Source: an uncultured Vicinamibacterales bacterium (lineage in GTDB: Bacteria; Acidobacteriota; Vicinamibacteria; Vicinamibacterales; JAKQTR01). Taken from it: a stretch of 64,000 bases of DNA. The DNA lies in assembly GCA_964396055.1 (NCBI GenBank), contig CAYNDV010000006.1, forward strand, positions 1,024 to 65,023, in the 5' to 3' direction. The position numbers and the translations under genes are program-made. The notes under the pieces are model-generated. The model saw nothing but the letters and a program-made list of their open reading frames with translations, had not been told where the DNA came from and made no database searches. Shown here one piece after another: positions 1 to 7,645 of this stretch (positions are counted from its first letter, which is position 1; every line of letters begins with the position of its first letter).

Positions 1-1
1 G

Positions 2-229
2 CTGCTGGTGAACCGCGGTGAGCGGGCCGGTGGCTACGTGATGCCCGACCTGATCGGCGTGCCGGGGGAGGGTGCACTCGACTTTCTCCGCGCCGCCGGG
101 TTGCGCGTGACCATCGTCGGCCAGCAACCCTACCCCGGTGTGCCGGCGGGCACGGTGCTGCGGCAGCATCCGCCGGCCGGGTTCCAGGTGACGGCGGAGG
201 AACCGGTGTCGCTGGAGGTGAGCCGATGA
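2..229 (+). CDS. PASTA domain-containing protein, C-terminal end (5' end outside window)
   Basis: Frame open to window edge; GYVMPDLIGVPGEGALDFLRAAGLRVTIVGQ...EPVSLEVSR looks like one PASTA repeat; its TGA overlaps the rpe ATG (ATGA at 226-229). Confidence 0.6.
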   Translation: MLVNRGERAGGYVMPDLIGVPGEGALDFLRAAGLRVTIVGQQPYPGVPAGTVLRQHPPAGFQVTAEEPVSLEVSR

Positions 230-918
230 ACGTGCGCCTGGCGCCGTCGATCCTGGCTGCGGACTTCGCCGCCCTCGGCGCCCAGATCGGTGCGGCCGAA
301 CGCGGCGGCGCGGACCTGATCCACGTGGACGTGATGGACGGCCACTTCGTGCCGAACATCAGCATCGGGCCGCCGGTGGTGGCGTCACTGGCGAAGGTGG
401 CGACGGTCCCCCTGGACGTGCACCTGATGATTGACGACGCGGATCGCTACATCCCCGCGTTCGTGGAGGCCGGGGCGGCCATGGTGTCGGTGCACGTCGA
501 GGCCCTGCCCCACCTGCACCGGACGCTCGAATTGATCAGGAGCCTGGGCGCGCGGGCGGGCGTGGCGCTGAATCCGTCGACGCCGGTATCGAGCCTGTCG
601 GAGGTGGCGGGCGACGTGGACTTCGTGCTGGTGATGACGGTGAATCCGGGGTTCGGGGGCCAGACCTTCATCCCGCGCAGCACGTCCAAAGTAGCAGCCA
701 TGCGCGACCTGCTGGACCGGGCGGGCAACCGGGCGCCCGTCGAGGTGGACGGCGGCATCGATGCCACCACCATCGAGCGGATCGTGGAGGCCGGCGCCGA
801 GATCCTCGTGGCCGGGTCGGCGGTGTTCCGCACCCCGGACCCGGCCGCCGCAGCCCGCAGCCTCAAGGCCCTCGCGGAGGCGGCCGCTGCGCGGCGCCGG
901 GGGGCACGGACCGCGTGA
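226..918 (+). CDS. rpe: ribulose-phosphate 3-epimerase
   Basis: 230 aa; PSILAADF, HVDVMDGHFVPNISIGPPVV, MTVNPGFGGQTFI and VDGGI are the conserved Rpe barrel motifs. Confidence 0.95.
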   Translation: MNVRLAPSILAADFAALGAQIGAAERGGADLIHVDVMDGHFVPNISIGPPVVASLAKVATVPLDVHLMIDDADRYIPAFVEAGAAMVSVHVEALPHLHRTLELIRSLGARAGVALNPSTPVSSLSEVAGDVDFVLVMTVNPGFGGQTFIPRSTSKVAAMRDLLDRAGNRAPVEVDGGIDATTIERIVEAGAEILVAGSAVFRTPDPAAAARSLKALAEAAAARRRGARTA

Positions 919-1328
919 CGCCCCGGACCTCGCCGCACGTCTCGGCCGCCACGCTGCGCGTCCGCTACGCCGAGACCGACAAGATGGGGGTGGTGTACTA
1001 CGCCAACTACCTGGCGTGGTTCGAGGTGGGCCGCTGCGAATGGCTGCGGACCCTGGGCTGGAGTTACCGGGAGATGGAAGCCGGCGGAACGCTGCTGCCC
1101 GTGATCGAGGCCTGCTGCGAGTACCGCCAGCCGTCCCGGTACGATGACGTGATGGAGATTCGCGCCCGCGCCACGCTGCTGTCGCCGGTGCGCATCCGGT
1201 TCGATTACGAGGTGGTCCGCCAGGCCGACGGCGTGGTGTCGGCGGCCGGGCATACGGTCCATGCGGCGACCGACGCAGCGGGACGGCCGATTCGGCTGCC
1301 GGCCCGCGTAAGGAGTGTGTTCGCGTGA
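915..1328 (+). CDS. acyl-CoA thioesterase, YbgC/4HBT hot-dog family
   Basis: 137 aa; VRYAETDKMGVVYYANYLAWFEVGRCEWLR matches the 4HBT/YbgC N-terminal catalytic region; GTGA overlap with rpe stop. Confidence 0.85.
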   Translation: MTPRTSPHVSAATLRVRYAETDKMGVVYYANYLAWFEVGRCEWLRTLGWSYREMEAGGTLLPVIEACCEYRQPSRYDDVMEIRARATLLSPVRIRFDYEVVRQADGVVSAAGHTVHAATDAAGRPIRLPARVRSVFA

Positions 1329-2275
1329 AGGCATTGGTGACGGGCGTGGCTGGGTTCATTGGCTCGACGCTGGCGGGCCGGCTGCTCGACGAGGGCGCCG
1401 AGGTGACGGGCATCGACTGTTTCACGGACTACTATCCGCGGCCGATCAAGGAGCGGAACCTGTCGACGCTGCGGCCGCATCCGGGCTTCACGTTCGTGGA
1501 GTCCACGATTCAGGCCGCCCGCCTTCCGGCGCTGCTCGACGGCGTCACCCACGTGTTTCACCTTGCGGCCCAGGCCGGCGTGCGCAAGAGCTGGGGCCGC
1601 GACTTCCAGGTGTACACGGTGAACAACATCGAGGCCACGCAGGTGCTGCTCGAAGCCTGCGCCGCGCACCCGATCGAACGCCTGGTCTACGCCTCGAGTT
1701 CATCGGTGTACGGCGACCTGGTGGCAATCCCGATGCGCGAGGACGCCCTGCCGCAGCCGGTCTCCCCGTACGGGGTGAGCAAGCTGGCCGCCGAGCAGCT
1801 GTGCTACCTGTACCACGTCAACTACGGCGTACCGGCGGTCTCGCTGCGGTACTTCACGGTGTACGGCCCGCGCCAGCGCCCCGACATGGGCTTCCATCGG
1901 TTCCTGCGGGCGGTCCACCGGGGCGATCCGATCTCGCTCTACGGCGACGGCGAACAGACGCGGGACTTCACCTTCGTGGCCGACGCGGTGAGCGCCACGG
2001 TGGCCGCGGCGCACCGGGGCGAGCCGGGGGCCGTGTACAATATCGGAGGCGGATCGCGGGTCTCGGTCAACCAGGTCCTGGCCATCGTCGAGCGGGTGGT
2101 CGGGCGGCCCCTCGTGCTGACGCGCGAGCCGGCCCAGAAGGGGGACATGCGCGACACGTACGCCGATTCGTCGCGGGCACGGGCCGCTATCGGTTTCGCG
2201 CCGGCGCACAGCCTGGAACAGGGGCTCCAGGCGGAATACGACTGGCTGCGGTCGGTTCCGGAACTGCTGTCGTAG
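1325..2275 (+). CDS. NAD-dependent epimerase/dehydratase (extended SDR, UDP-sugar epimerase/decarboxylase-like)
   Basis: 316 aa; VTGVAGFIGS Rossmann motif, SSSSVYG and YGVSK (YxxxK) catalytic motifs; GTGA overlap with upstream stop. Confidence 0.9.
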   Translation: MKALVTGVAGFIGSTLAGRLLDEGAEVTGIDCFTDYYPRPIKERNLSTLRPHPGFTFVESTIQAARLPALLDGVTHVFHLAAQAGVRKSWGRDFQVYTVNNIEATQVLLEACAAHPIERLVYASSSSVYGDLVAIPMREDALPQPVSPYGVSKLAAEQLCYLYHVNYGVPAVSLRYFTVYGPRQRPDMGFHRFLRAVHRGDPISLYGDGEQTRDFTFVADAVSATVAAAHRGEPGAVYNIGGGSRVSVNQVLAIVERVVGRPLVLTREPAQKGDMRDTYADSSRARAAIGFAPAHSLEQGLQAEYDWLRSVPELLS

Positions 2276-2291
2276 AGAGGCGAGACTCCAG

Positions 2292-3101
2292 GTGTTCAAC
2301 AGCGTGCAACGTCGATCGTGGATCCTCGCCGGGGTGGTGATCGCGGCGCTCGCGGCGGGCGCCGCCGCCTGCGGCGGGAAGGACAGCAACCTGCCGTCCG
2401 GCATGCTGGAGGCGGACAAGTTCCTCTTCGATCGCGGCCAGGACCTGCTGGCCCAGAAGAAGTGGATCCAGGCCCGCGAGTACTTCCAGCAGATCGTCGA
2501 GAACTACCCCCAGAGCACCTACCGGCCCGACGCCAAGCTGGGTATGGGCGACAGCTACATCGGCGAAGGATCGGTCGAGGCGCTGGTGCTGGCGCAGAAC
2601 GAGTTCAACGAATTCCTGACCTTCTATCCGAACAATCCCAGGGCCGACTACGCGCAGTACCGGGTGGGCTACAGCCACTACCAGCAGATGCGCAGTGCCG
2701 ACCGGGACCAGAGCGAGACCGCCGAGTGCGTGGTGGCGTGGGAAGCCTTCGTCGAACGGTATCCCAACAGCAGCCTCATGGAGGAAGTGCAGACCAAGCT
2801 GCGGGAAGCCAAGGACCGCCTGGCGGAATCGGACTACCGCGTGGGCTTCTTCTACTACCGCGTGCGCTGGTATCCGGGCGCCATCGACCGGTTCAGGAGC
2901 CTGCTGACCAAGGACCCGGCCTACAGCGGGCGCGACGCGGTGTACTACTACCTCGCCGAGTGCCTGGTGTTCGTGAACCGGCCGGCCGAGGCGCTGCCCT
3001 ACCTCGAGCGCCTGGTCCAGGAGTTCGAACAGAGCGAGTTCCTGGTGAAGGCCGAGAAGCGCATCGCCGAGCTGAAGGCCTCGCCGGCCATCCCGAAGTG
3101 A
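2292..3101 (+). CDS. bamD: outer membrane protein assembly factor BamD (TPR lipoprotein)
   Basis: 269 aa; signal peptide ending ...GAAAC (lipobox-like), then FDRGQDLLAQKKWIQAREYFQQIVENYPQSTYRPDAKLGMGDSY TPR-like repeats typical of BamD/YfiO; GTG start. Confidence 0.8.
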   Translation: MFNSVQRRSWILAGVVIAALAAGAAACGGKDSNLPSGMLEADKFLFDRGQDLLAQKKWIQAREYFQQIVENYPQSTYRPDAKLGMGDSYIGEGSVEALVLAQNEFNEFLTFYPNNPRADYAQYRVGYSHYQQMRSADRDQSETAECVVAWEAFVERYPNSSLMEEVQTKLREAKDRLAESDYRVGFFYYRVRWYPGAIDRFRSLLTKDPAYSGRDAVYYYLAECLVFVNRPAEALPYLERLVQEFEQSEFLVKAEKRIAELKASPAIPK

Positions 3102-3136
3102 CGCCGGCCGCGTACCCCGGGCCTCACCGGCCGGCG
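3102..3136. terminator. convergent-gene hairpin (9-bp GC stem, 17-nt loop) between bamD and pgsA
   Basis: CGCCGGCCG (3102-3110) pairs with CGGCCGGCG (3128-3136); lies between two converging stop codons; no U-tract. Confidence 0.35.
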
Positions 3137-3138
3137 CG

Positions 3139-3741
3139 CTACTCCCCCCGCGGCGCACCCTTCGGCGGCGTGACGACGAAGCGCCGGTAATAGTCGACGG
3201 CCGACACGACGCTGATCACCAGCACCACCCACAGCGCGATCCGGCCCAGCGTCATGAACCACGGGATCCCGCCGTGGCCCAGGATGAGCAACAGGATGGC
3301 CACCACCTGGCTGGCCATCTTCCCCTTGCCCAGCGGCGACGACGGCATCACGATGCCCCGGGCGTAGGCGAGGCTGCGCAGCCCCGTTATGGCGAATTCG
3401 CGGCCGATGATGACGGCCACCATCCACGCGGGCGCGGCGTCCATCTGCACGAGCGAGATGAAGGCGGCCGCGGTCAGCAGCTTGTCCGCGATCGGGTCCA
3501 TGATCTGGCCGACCACGGTGACCTGCTTGCGCCGCCGGGCCATGTAGCCGTCGAGCCAGTCGGTGAGCGACGCGACGGCGAAAATGGCCGCCCCGAGGAC
3601 CTGGCTCGACACACTGGACAGGAACCGCCCCTCCGGCTTGGTCAGCAGGACCACCACCAGCAGCGGCACCAGGAAGATGCGGACGAGCGTCAGGGTGTTG
3701 GGCAGGTTCACGCGGCGTTCGCCCTCACAGGGCGGGGCCAT
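3139..3741 (-). CDS. pgsA: CDP-diacylglycerol--glycerol-3-phosphate 3-phosphatidyltransferase
   Basis: 200 aa; NLPNTLTLVRIFLVP and DWLDGYMARRRKQVTVVGQIMDPIADKLL = CDP-alcohol phosphatidyltransferase signature; several TM helices. Confidence 0.9.
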   Translation of the reverse strand: MAPPCEGERRVNLPNTLTLVRIFLVPLLVVVLLTKPEGRFLSSVSSQVLGAAIFAVASLTDWLDGYMARRRKQVTVVGQIMDPIADKLLTAAAFISLVQMDAAPAWMVAVIIGREFAITGLRSLAYARGIVMPSSPLGKGKMASQVVAILLLILGHGGIPWFMTLGRIALWVVLVISVVSAVDYYRRFVVTPPKGAPRGE

Positions 3742-3782
3742 TGTAGATCATTCGTGGGCCGTTCGGCCGTTCGGCCACAGGC

Positions 3783-3873
3783 GGTTCAAGGTTCCCGGTT
3801 CAAGGTTGACGGCCAGGAACCTGGAACCGTGCACCCTGAACGGCGAACCTGGAACCTGGAACTTGGAACAACC
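3783..3873. repeat. STRR-like tandem heptamer tract, 13 units, with orientation switch (GGTTCAA/GGTTCCC then AACCTGG-type)
   Basis: Read directly: GGTTCAA GGTTCCC GGTTCAA GGTTGAC GGCCAGG AACCTGG AACCGTG CACCCTG AACGGCG AACCTGG AACCTGG AACTTGG AACAACC; sits in the divergent pgsA / NDP-sugar gene promoter region. Confidence 0.85.
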
Positions 3874-3902
3874 CCAAGCCCCTAGTACAATGATCACCCT
3901 GT

Positions 3903-4973
3903 ATGAAGGCCATCCTGCTCGCCGGGGGCAAGGGGACGCGACTGCGTCCCATGACCCTGCACACGCCCAAGCCCATCGTGCCCATCTTCGGGCGGGCTTT
4001 CCTCCATTACCAGATCGACCTCGTGCGACAGGTGCCCGAGATTGACGAGGTGATCCTGAGCCTGAACTACCAGCCGCGGCGCATCCGCGAGGTGTTCGGC
4101 GACGGCCGTGACCTCGGAATCAAGATCAGTTACGTGGTCGAGCCCAATCCGCTCGGCACGGGCGGCGCCATCAAGTACGCCACGGGGTCGTACGCCGACA
4201 CCATCGTGGTGTTCAACGGCGACGTCATGACGCAGGTCCCGCTGGGCGAGGTCATCCGGCAGCACCGCGAGCGGCGGGCGAAGGCCACCATCGTGCTCAC
4301 GCCGGTCGAGAACCCCTCGGCCTACGGCCTGGTGGAGACCGACGACGACGCGAACGTGCGGCGGTTCCTCGAGAAGCCGAAACCCGAGGAGATCACCTGC
4401 GACACGATCAACGCGGGCGTGTACGTGCTCGAGCCCGACACATTCGACCGGATCCCGAAGGACACGGCGTGGTCCATCGAGCGCAGCTTCTTTCCGTCGC
4501 TCGTGGAGCGCGGCGAGACCTTCACGGCCTTCGTCTACCGCGGCTACTGGATCGACATCGGCACGCCCGAGAAGTACCTGCAGGTGCACCGCGACATCAT
4601 GGAGCGCCGGTTCCAGGCGCCGCCGTTCGGCAGCCAGGCCCGGGGCCACGTGCACACCGGGCCCGACGTCCGCATCGAGGACGGTGCCCTGGTCGAGGGC
4701 CCGTGTTTCATCGACGAGGGCACGATCGTCAAGGCCGGCGCCCGCATCCTGGCCAACAGCGTCATCGGCCGGCACTGCGTCGTCGAGGAAGAGGCCGTCA
4801 TCGACGGCTCGATCATCTGGCCAGGCAGCCGCATCGCGCGCGACGCGCTGGTGCGCGGCGCCATCCTGGGCCGTCACTGCCACATCGGCCGCAGCGCCAT
4901 CGTCGATCGGGGGGTCGTGATGGGCGACAAGTCCGCGGTCACCGACTATTCCCGGCTGGTGCCGGGGCTGTAG
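3903..4973 (+). CDS. NDP-sugar pyrophosphorylase (mannose-1-phosphate guanylyltransferase-like) with C-terminal left-handed beta-helix
   Basis: 356 aa; MKAILLAGGKGTRLRPMT nucleotidyltransferase motif; C-terminal hexapeptide-repeat region (IGRHCVVEEEAVIDGSIIWPGSRIARDALV...). Confidence 0.85.
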   Translation: MKAILLAGGKGTRLRPMTLHTPKPIVPIFGRAFLHYQIDLVRQVPEIDEVILSLNYQPRRIREVFGDGRDLGIKISYVVEPNPLGTGGAIKYATGSYADTIVVFNGDVMTQVPLGEVIRQHRERRAKATIVLTPVENPSAYGLVETDDDANVRRFLEKPKPEEITCDTINAGVYVLEPDTFDRIPKDTAWSIERSFFPSLVERGETFTAFVYRGYWIDIGTPEKYLQVHRDIMERRFQAPPFGSQARGHVHTGPDVRIEDGALVEGPCFIDEGTIVKAGARILANSVIGRHCVVEEEAVIDGSIIWPGSRIARDALVRGAILGRHCHIGRSAIVDRGVVMGDKSAVTDYSRLVPGL

Positions 4974-4985
4974 CTGCAGAACGCC

Positions 4986-6341
4986 ATGAACGCCAAACCT
5001 GACATCTTCAAGGCCTACGACATCCGGGGCATCTACCCGGTCGATCTCAACGAGGACGTGGCGCGCGCCATCGGCCGGGCCTACGTGGCGTATCTCGGGC
5101 CGAAGAGCATCGCCGTCGGCCGCGACATGCGGCTGGCCTCGCCGTCCATCGCGGCGGCCTTCATCGACGGCGCCCTCGAACAGGGCGCCGACGTCGTGGA
5201 CTACGGCCTCATTGCCACCGACATGCTCTACTTCGCCGTGGCGCGCGACGGCCATGACGGCGGCGTCGAGATTACCGCCTCACACAACCCGAAGGAGTAC
5301 ATCGGGATGAAGCTCGTGCGGGCCGAGGCGTTCCCGCTGAGTGGCGAGGCCGGCATCTCGCAGATCCGCGACATGGTGATCGGCGGCACGATTCCCGCGC
5401 CCGGGCGCCGCGGCGCGCTCACCACCAACACGGACCTGCTCGACGACTACGTCGCGCACGTGCTGACGTTCATCGATCCGTCGGTGATCAAGCCGTTCTC
5501 GGCCGTGCTGGACGCCGGGAGCGGCATGGCGGGCCTCGTGGCGCCGAAGCTCTTCGACCGCCTCGCCTGCCGCACGACGCGCCTGTGCTTCGAGATTGAC
5601 GGCACCTTCCCCAACCACGAGGCCAACCCCCTCATCGAGGAAAACCGCCGCGACATCACCGAGCGCGTCATCGCCGACAAGGCCGACATCGGCATCGCGT
5701 GGGACGGCGACGCGGACCGGTGCTTCTTCATCGACCGCCAGGGTGAGTTCATCCCCGGCGATTTCGTGACGGCCCTGCTCGCCGAGGCGTACCTGCTCAA
5801 GGAGCCGAAGGGCACCATCATCTACGACGTCCGCGCCAGCTACGCCGTGAAGGACACGGTGGCGAAGTACGAGGGCCGGGCGCTGATGAACCGGGTGGGC
5901 CACGCGTTCTTCAAGAAGCGCATGCGCGAGGAGAACGCCGTGTTCGGCGGCGAGGTGACGGGCCACTACTACTTCCGCGACAACTTCTATGCGGACAACG
6001 GCTTCATCCCCGCCGTCCTGATGCTCGAACTGATGTCGCGCAAGGGCCAGGCCCTGCACGAGTTGCTGGAGCCCCTGCGCGCCAAGTACTTCATCTCGGG
6101 CGAGATCAACACCAAGGTCGGATCGATGGCCGACGTGCAGCGGAAGCTGGATGGCCTGGCCGCGACGTACGCGAACGGGCACGTCTACACGCTGGACGGA
6201 ATCTCCATGGAAGCGCCCACCTGGCACTTCAACGTACGCGCCTCGAACACCGAGCCGCTGCTGCGGCTGAACCTCGAGGCAACCACCCAGGAAGAGATGG
6301 AGCGCCGCCGCGACGAGGTGCTGGGGTTCATCAGGGGCTAG
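4986..6341 (+). CDS. phosphomannomutase/phosphoglucomutase
   Basis: 451 aa; active-site TASHNPKEY phosphoserine loop, GIAWDGDADR metal loop, GGEVTGHYYF sugar loop. Confidence 0.92.
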   Translation: MNAKPDIFKAYDIRGIYPVDLNEDVARAIGRAYVAYLGPKSIAVGRDMRLASPSIAAAFIDGALEQGADVVDYGLIATDMLYFAVARDGHDGGVEITASHNPKEYIGMKLVRAEAFPLSGEAGISQIRDMVIGGTIPAPGRRGALTTNTDLLDDYVAHVLTFIDPSVIKPFSAVLDAGSGMAGLVAPKLFDRLACRTTRLCFEIDGTFPNHEANPLIEENRRDITERVIADKADIGIAWDGDADRCFFIDRQGEFIPGDFVTALLAEAYLLKEPKGTIIYDVRASYAVKDTVAKYEGRALMNRVGHAFFKKRMREENAVFGGEVTGHYYFRDNFYADNGFIPAVLMLELMSRKGQALHELLEPLRAKYFISGEINTKVGSMADVQRKLDGLAATYANGHVYTLDGISMEAPTWHFNVRASNTEPLLRLNLEATTQEEMERRRDEVLGFIRG

Positions 6342-6396
6342 GGCGCGGGGCGCGGTGCGCGGGGTCCGTCAGAAGCAAGAAGCAAGAATCCAGAAG
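6341..6396. repeat. STRR-like heptamer tract starting at the phosphomannomutase stop codon
   Basis: GGGCGCG GGGCGCG GTGCGCG GGGTCCG TCAGAAG CAAGAAG CAAGAAT CCAGAAG in continuous 7-nt register. Confidence 0.8.
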
Positions 6397-6430
6397 GGAC
6401 ACGATGCACGGAATGCGAGGCGCGGGCCGT

Positions 6431-6472
6431 TCCAGACCCTGAACCGTGAACCCTGAACCGTGAACCGGTGTG
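6431..6472. repeat. STRR-like heptamer tract (CCTGAAC/CGTGAAC alternating)
   Basis: TCCAGAC CCTGAAC CGTGAAC CCTGAAC CGTGAAC CGGTGTG; complement of the GGTTCAG-type unit seen at 3783 and 13122; ends 4 nt before tRNA-Gly 3' end. Confidence 0.8.
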
Positions 6473-6475
6473 AGG

Positions 6476-6549
6476 TGGAGCGGGCTACGGGAATCGAACC
6501 CGTCTAGCTGGCTTGGGAAGCCAGAGCATTACCACTATGCTAAGCCCGC
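6476..6549 (-). tRNA. tRNA-Gly (anticodon CCC), CCA encoded
   Basis: Reverse complement folds as a cloverleaf: acceptor GCGGGCT/AGCCCGC, D arm GCAT-AGTGGTA-ATGC, anticodon arm CTGGC-TTCCCAA-GCCAG, T arm ACGGG-TTCGATT-CCCGT, discriminator U, CCA; 74 nt. Confidence 0.93.
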
Positions 6550-6633
6550 CCGAAGGACGCACCGGGCGACCGCCTGGCCCGGCGTAACGACAGACGATTT
6601 TACCACACGGACCGTCCGCCTGGCCTCTGGCCG

Positions 6634-6927
6634 CTAGCCCCTGTCCTTCTTCCGCTCCGCCCAGTACTTGCGCATCCGCTCGGAGACGGCCTTGCGTTCG
6701 GCGGCGGTCATCGGCTTGCGGCGGCCGCGGCGCGCCACTTTTCGCGCCACCTGCTCGGCTTCGGCCGCCACGCTCGCGGGCCCCTCGACGACGTCCACCG
6801 ACAACACCTTGAGGCCCGGAAAGGCGCGCTTCAGCGCCGCGATTTCCCGTTCGAGTTCGGCCAGGCGGGCGGACGCGCCGATCCTGGCCAGTTTCTTGAG
6901 GTCCACGCCGGCTGGTGTCCGTGCCAT
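6634..6927 (-). CDS. hypothetical small basic coiled-coil protein
   Basis: 97 aa; N-terminal heptad-like LAELEREIAALKRAF, C-terminal basic RRGRRKPMTAAERKAVSERMRKYWAERKKDRG; coding-type codon bias; no family recognised. Confidence 0.6.
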   Translation of the reverse strand: MARTPAGVDLKKLARIGASARLAELEREIAALKRAFPGLKVLSVDVVEGPASVAAEAEQVARKVARRGRRKPMTAAERKAVSERMRKYWAERKKDRG

Positions 6928-7093
6928 AAGCGTCCTTTCCGGGAAACGGCCCGCGGGGGCCCCGGGCGACCGGTCTGAGTCGTCCGGTGCCCATCATACA
7001 ACCCCCGGCCCAATTCCCGCTCGGTCCTTCCGCGACGTCCAGACCGACGGCCGTCGCCGATGGGACACGGCCTTGTGGTAATCTCATTCGCCT

Positions 7094-7621
7094 ATGCCCG
7101 ACCACGATCCCAGCAACGTGCTCATCTCGGCCGAGGACATCCAGGCGCGGGTGCGCGGCCTCGCCCAGGACATCTCGAAGGACTTCGCGCCCGGCGAGGA
7201 GTTGCACCTGGTGGCGGTGCTCAAGGGTGCGTTCGTCTTCCTCGGGGACCTGATCCGGGCGATGGATCGGCCCGTGTCGATCGACTTCATGGCGGTATCG
7301 AGCTACGGCAAAGCCACCACGTCGTCGGGCGAAGTCCGGGTGCTGAAGGACGTCGACTCGCGCCTCGAGGGGCGCAACGTGATCATCGTCGAGGACATCG
7401 TCGACACCGGCCTGACGCTGGCCTACCTGCAGGAGATCCTGCACGCGCGGTCGCCGAAGTCGTTGAAGACCGCGTGCCTGCTCAGCAAGCCGTCACGCCG
7501 CCTGGTGGACGTGAAGGTGGACTACGTCGGCTTCACGATCGAGGACCGGTTCGTGGTGGGCTACGGCCTCGATTATGCGGAGAAGTACCGCAACCTGCCG
7601 TACCTCGCCGCCCTCGACTGA
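7094..7621 (+). CDS. hpt: hypoxanthine phosphoribosyltransferase
   Basis: 175 aa; LHLVAVLKGAFVFLGDL and VIIVEDIVDTGLTLAYL (PRPP-binding motif), VGYGLDYAEKYRNLPY C-terminus. Confidence 0.93.
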   Translation: MPDHDPSNVLISAEDIQARVRGLAQDISKDFAPGEELHLVAVLKGAFVFLGDLIRAMDRPVSIDFMAVSSYGKATTSSGEVRVLKDVDSRLEGRNVIIVEDIVDTGLTLAYLQEILHARSPKSLKTACLLSKPSRRLVDVKVDYVGFTIEDRFVVGYGLDYAEKYRNLPYLAALD

Positions 7622-7645
7622 CCGCGCGCCCCTGCTCGCCGGCCC

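Noticed and set aside
226-2275. Chains of 4-nt start/stop overlaps (ATGA/GTGA) at the window start and in many other operons as something special
   Set aside because: They are real and frequent here. Examples are PASTA/rpe/thioesterase/epimerase, the TrmH-family gene/rarA, ybeY/corC, hisS/LbH/dcd and sdhC/sdhA. This is ordinary translational coupling in compact high-GC genomes.
6627-6643. 17-nt string CTGGCCGCTAGCCCCTG shared with 58983-58999, both spanning a minus-strand stop codon
   Set aside because: Half of the match is coding (stop plus Gly-Arg codons). A single 17-mer coincidence in 64 kb of GC-biased sequence is plausible by chance, and there is no extended similarity on either side.
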